Positions 57,430 through 57,891 of a stretch of 57,891 bases of DNA are shown piece after piece. Source of the stretch: Burkholderiales bacterium (GTDB lineage Bacteria; Pseudomonadota; Gammaproteobacteria; Burkholderiales; SG8-39). How positions within the stretch are numbered: position 1 is the stretch's first letter; each line of letters opens with the position of its first letter. The notes under the pieces were generated by a model. It saw only the letters and a program-made list of their open reading frames with translations. It did not search any database and was not told the origin of the DNA. Location: the NCBI GenBank assembly GCA_035514595.1, contig DATKAX010000172.1:1-57891 (forward strand). Reading direction: 5' to 3'. The position numbers and the translations under genes are program-made.

Positions 57430-57891
57430 TCAAAAGCTCGCATCGAGGCGGCGGTACTGGATCGCCTCGGCGATGTGCTCGGCCGCGATCGAAGTTCTGG
57501 CCGAGAGGTCGGCGATCGTGCGGGCGACGCGCAGCACCCGGTGATAGGCGCGCGCGGAGAGCAGTAGCCGCGCGAGCGCGTGGCGCAGAAGCTGGTCGCC
57601 GTCGCGATCGGTGCCGCAGTGGCGATCGATCTCGCGCGTGCCCAGCAGCGCGTTGGGTTTTCCCTGCCGCGCCAGTTGTACCTCCCTCGCCGCCTCGACG
57701 CGCGCGCGAATCCGCTCCGAGGGCTCGCCGGGGAGCGCCGCCGTGAGCTCGGCCTCGCGCGGCGGCGGGACCTCGAGCTTGATGTCGATGCGGTCGGCGA
57801 GCGGCCCGGAGATGCGCCCCCGGTAGCGCGCGATCCGCTCGGGCGTGCAGCGGCAGCGCCCGCTGCGGTCGCCGCAGTGCCCGCAAGGGCA
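57430..57891 (-). CDS. YifB/ComM family Mg-chelatase-like ATPase, C-terminal 153 aa (5' end outside the window)
   Basis: The frame is open from the window edge to TGA at 57430-57432. It reads CPCGHCGDRSGRCRCTPERIARYRGRISGPLADRIDIKLEV...SARAYHRVLRVARTIADLSARTSIAAEHIAEAIQYRRLD. It is absent from the ORF track because it has no start codon inside the window. Confidence 0.85.
   Translation of the reverse strand, partial: CPCGHCGDRSGRCRCTPERIARYRGRISGPLADRIDIKLEVPPPREAELTAALPGEPSERIRARVEAAREVQLARQGKPNALLGTREIDRHCGTDRDGDQLLRHALARLLLSARAYHRVLRVARTIADLSARTSIAAEHIAEAIQYRRLDASF

Noticed and set aside
1-57891. A search by eye for rRNA, tRNA, tmRNA and CRISPR repeats.
   Set aside because: Intergenic spaces are almost all under 110 nt, and none shows a cloverleaf-compatible or regularly spaced repeat structure. 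A tRNAscan/Infernal run would be needed to be definitive.

Overview
This is a high-G+C proteobacterial chromosome segment. Gene content and synteny look beta-proteobacterial (ubiE-tim44-ubiJ-ubiB, phoBR, thrB-DUF2782-polA, lipA-lipB-ybeD-dat-dacC-rlpA, pyrR-pyrB-pyrC', thiD-thiE-hemL, accB-accC-prmA), but the taxon call is inference only. It holds about 70 tightly packed, mostly housekeeping CDSs with many 1-14 nt start/stop overlaps (ATGA, GTGA, TAATG). Most very long ORFs in the track are antisense or upstream-extended artefacts of high G+C, so several starts were moved inward using N-terminal homology logic and ORF arithmetic. I saw no rRNA, tRNA, CRISPR array or riboswitch. The exception is the left ~4.2 kb, which has visibly lower G+C (not computed) and reads as the distal end of an integron gene-cassette array. 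There, + strand ORFs are each followed by an attC-type site (RYYYAAC...GTTRRRY with a constant R''-2nt-L''...L'-3nt-R' geometry). Each unit's first 9-12 nt is the reverse complement of the flank of its own downstream R'' box. Cargo consists of a truncated hypothetical, a 222-bp ORF-less insert with 19-bp perfect inverted termini sitting exactly in an attC crossover triplet, a 139-aa hypothetical, a SAM methyltransferase, a TerB-HIRAN-TM fusion protein, and a 137-aa protein with a ParB/Srx-like GRHR motif. The array then decays into two orphan inverse-core boxes. These are followed by a UPF0158 + degenerate SET gene pair that runs with no stop codon into a convergent lipid-kinase gene, and the next gene (surE) is a deletion/frameshift pseudogene. 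intI/attI should lie left of position 1 and cannot be seen. All functional calls rest on motifs recognised by eye; no database search was possible.
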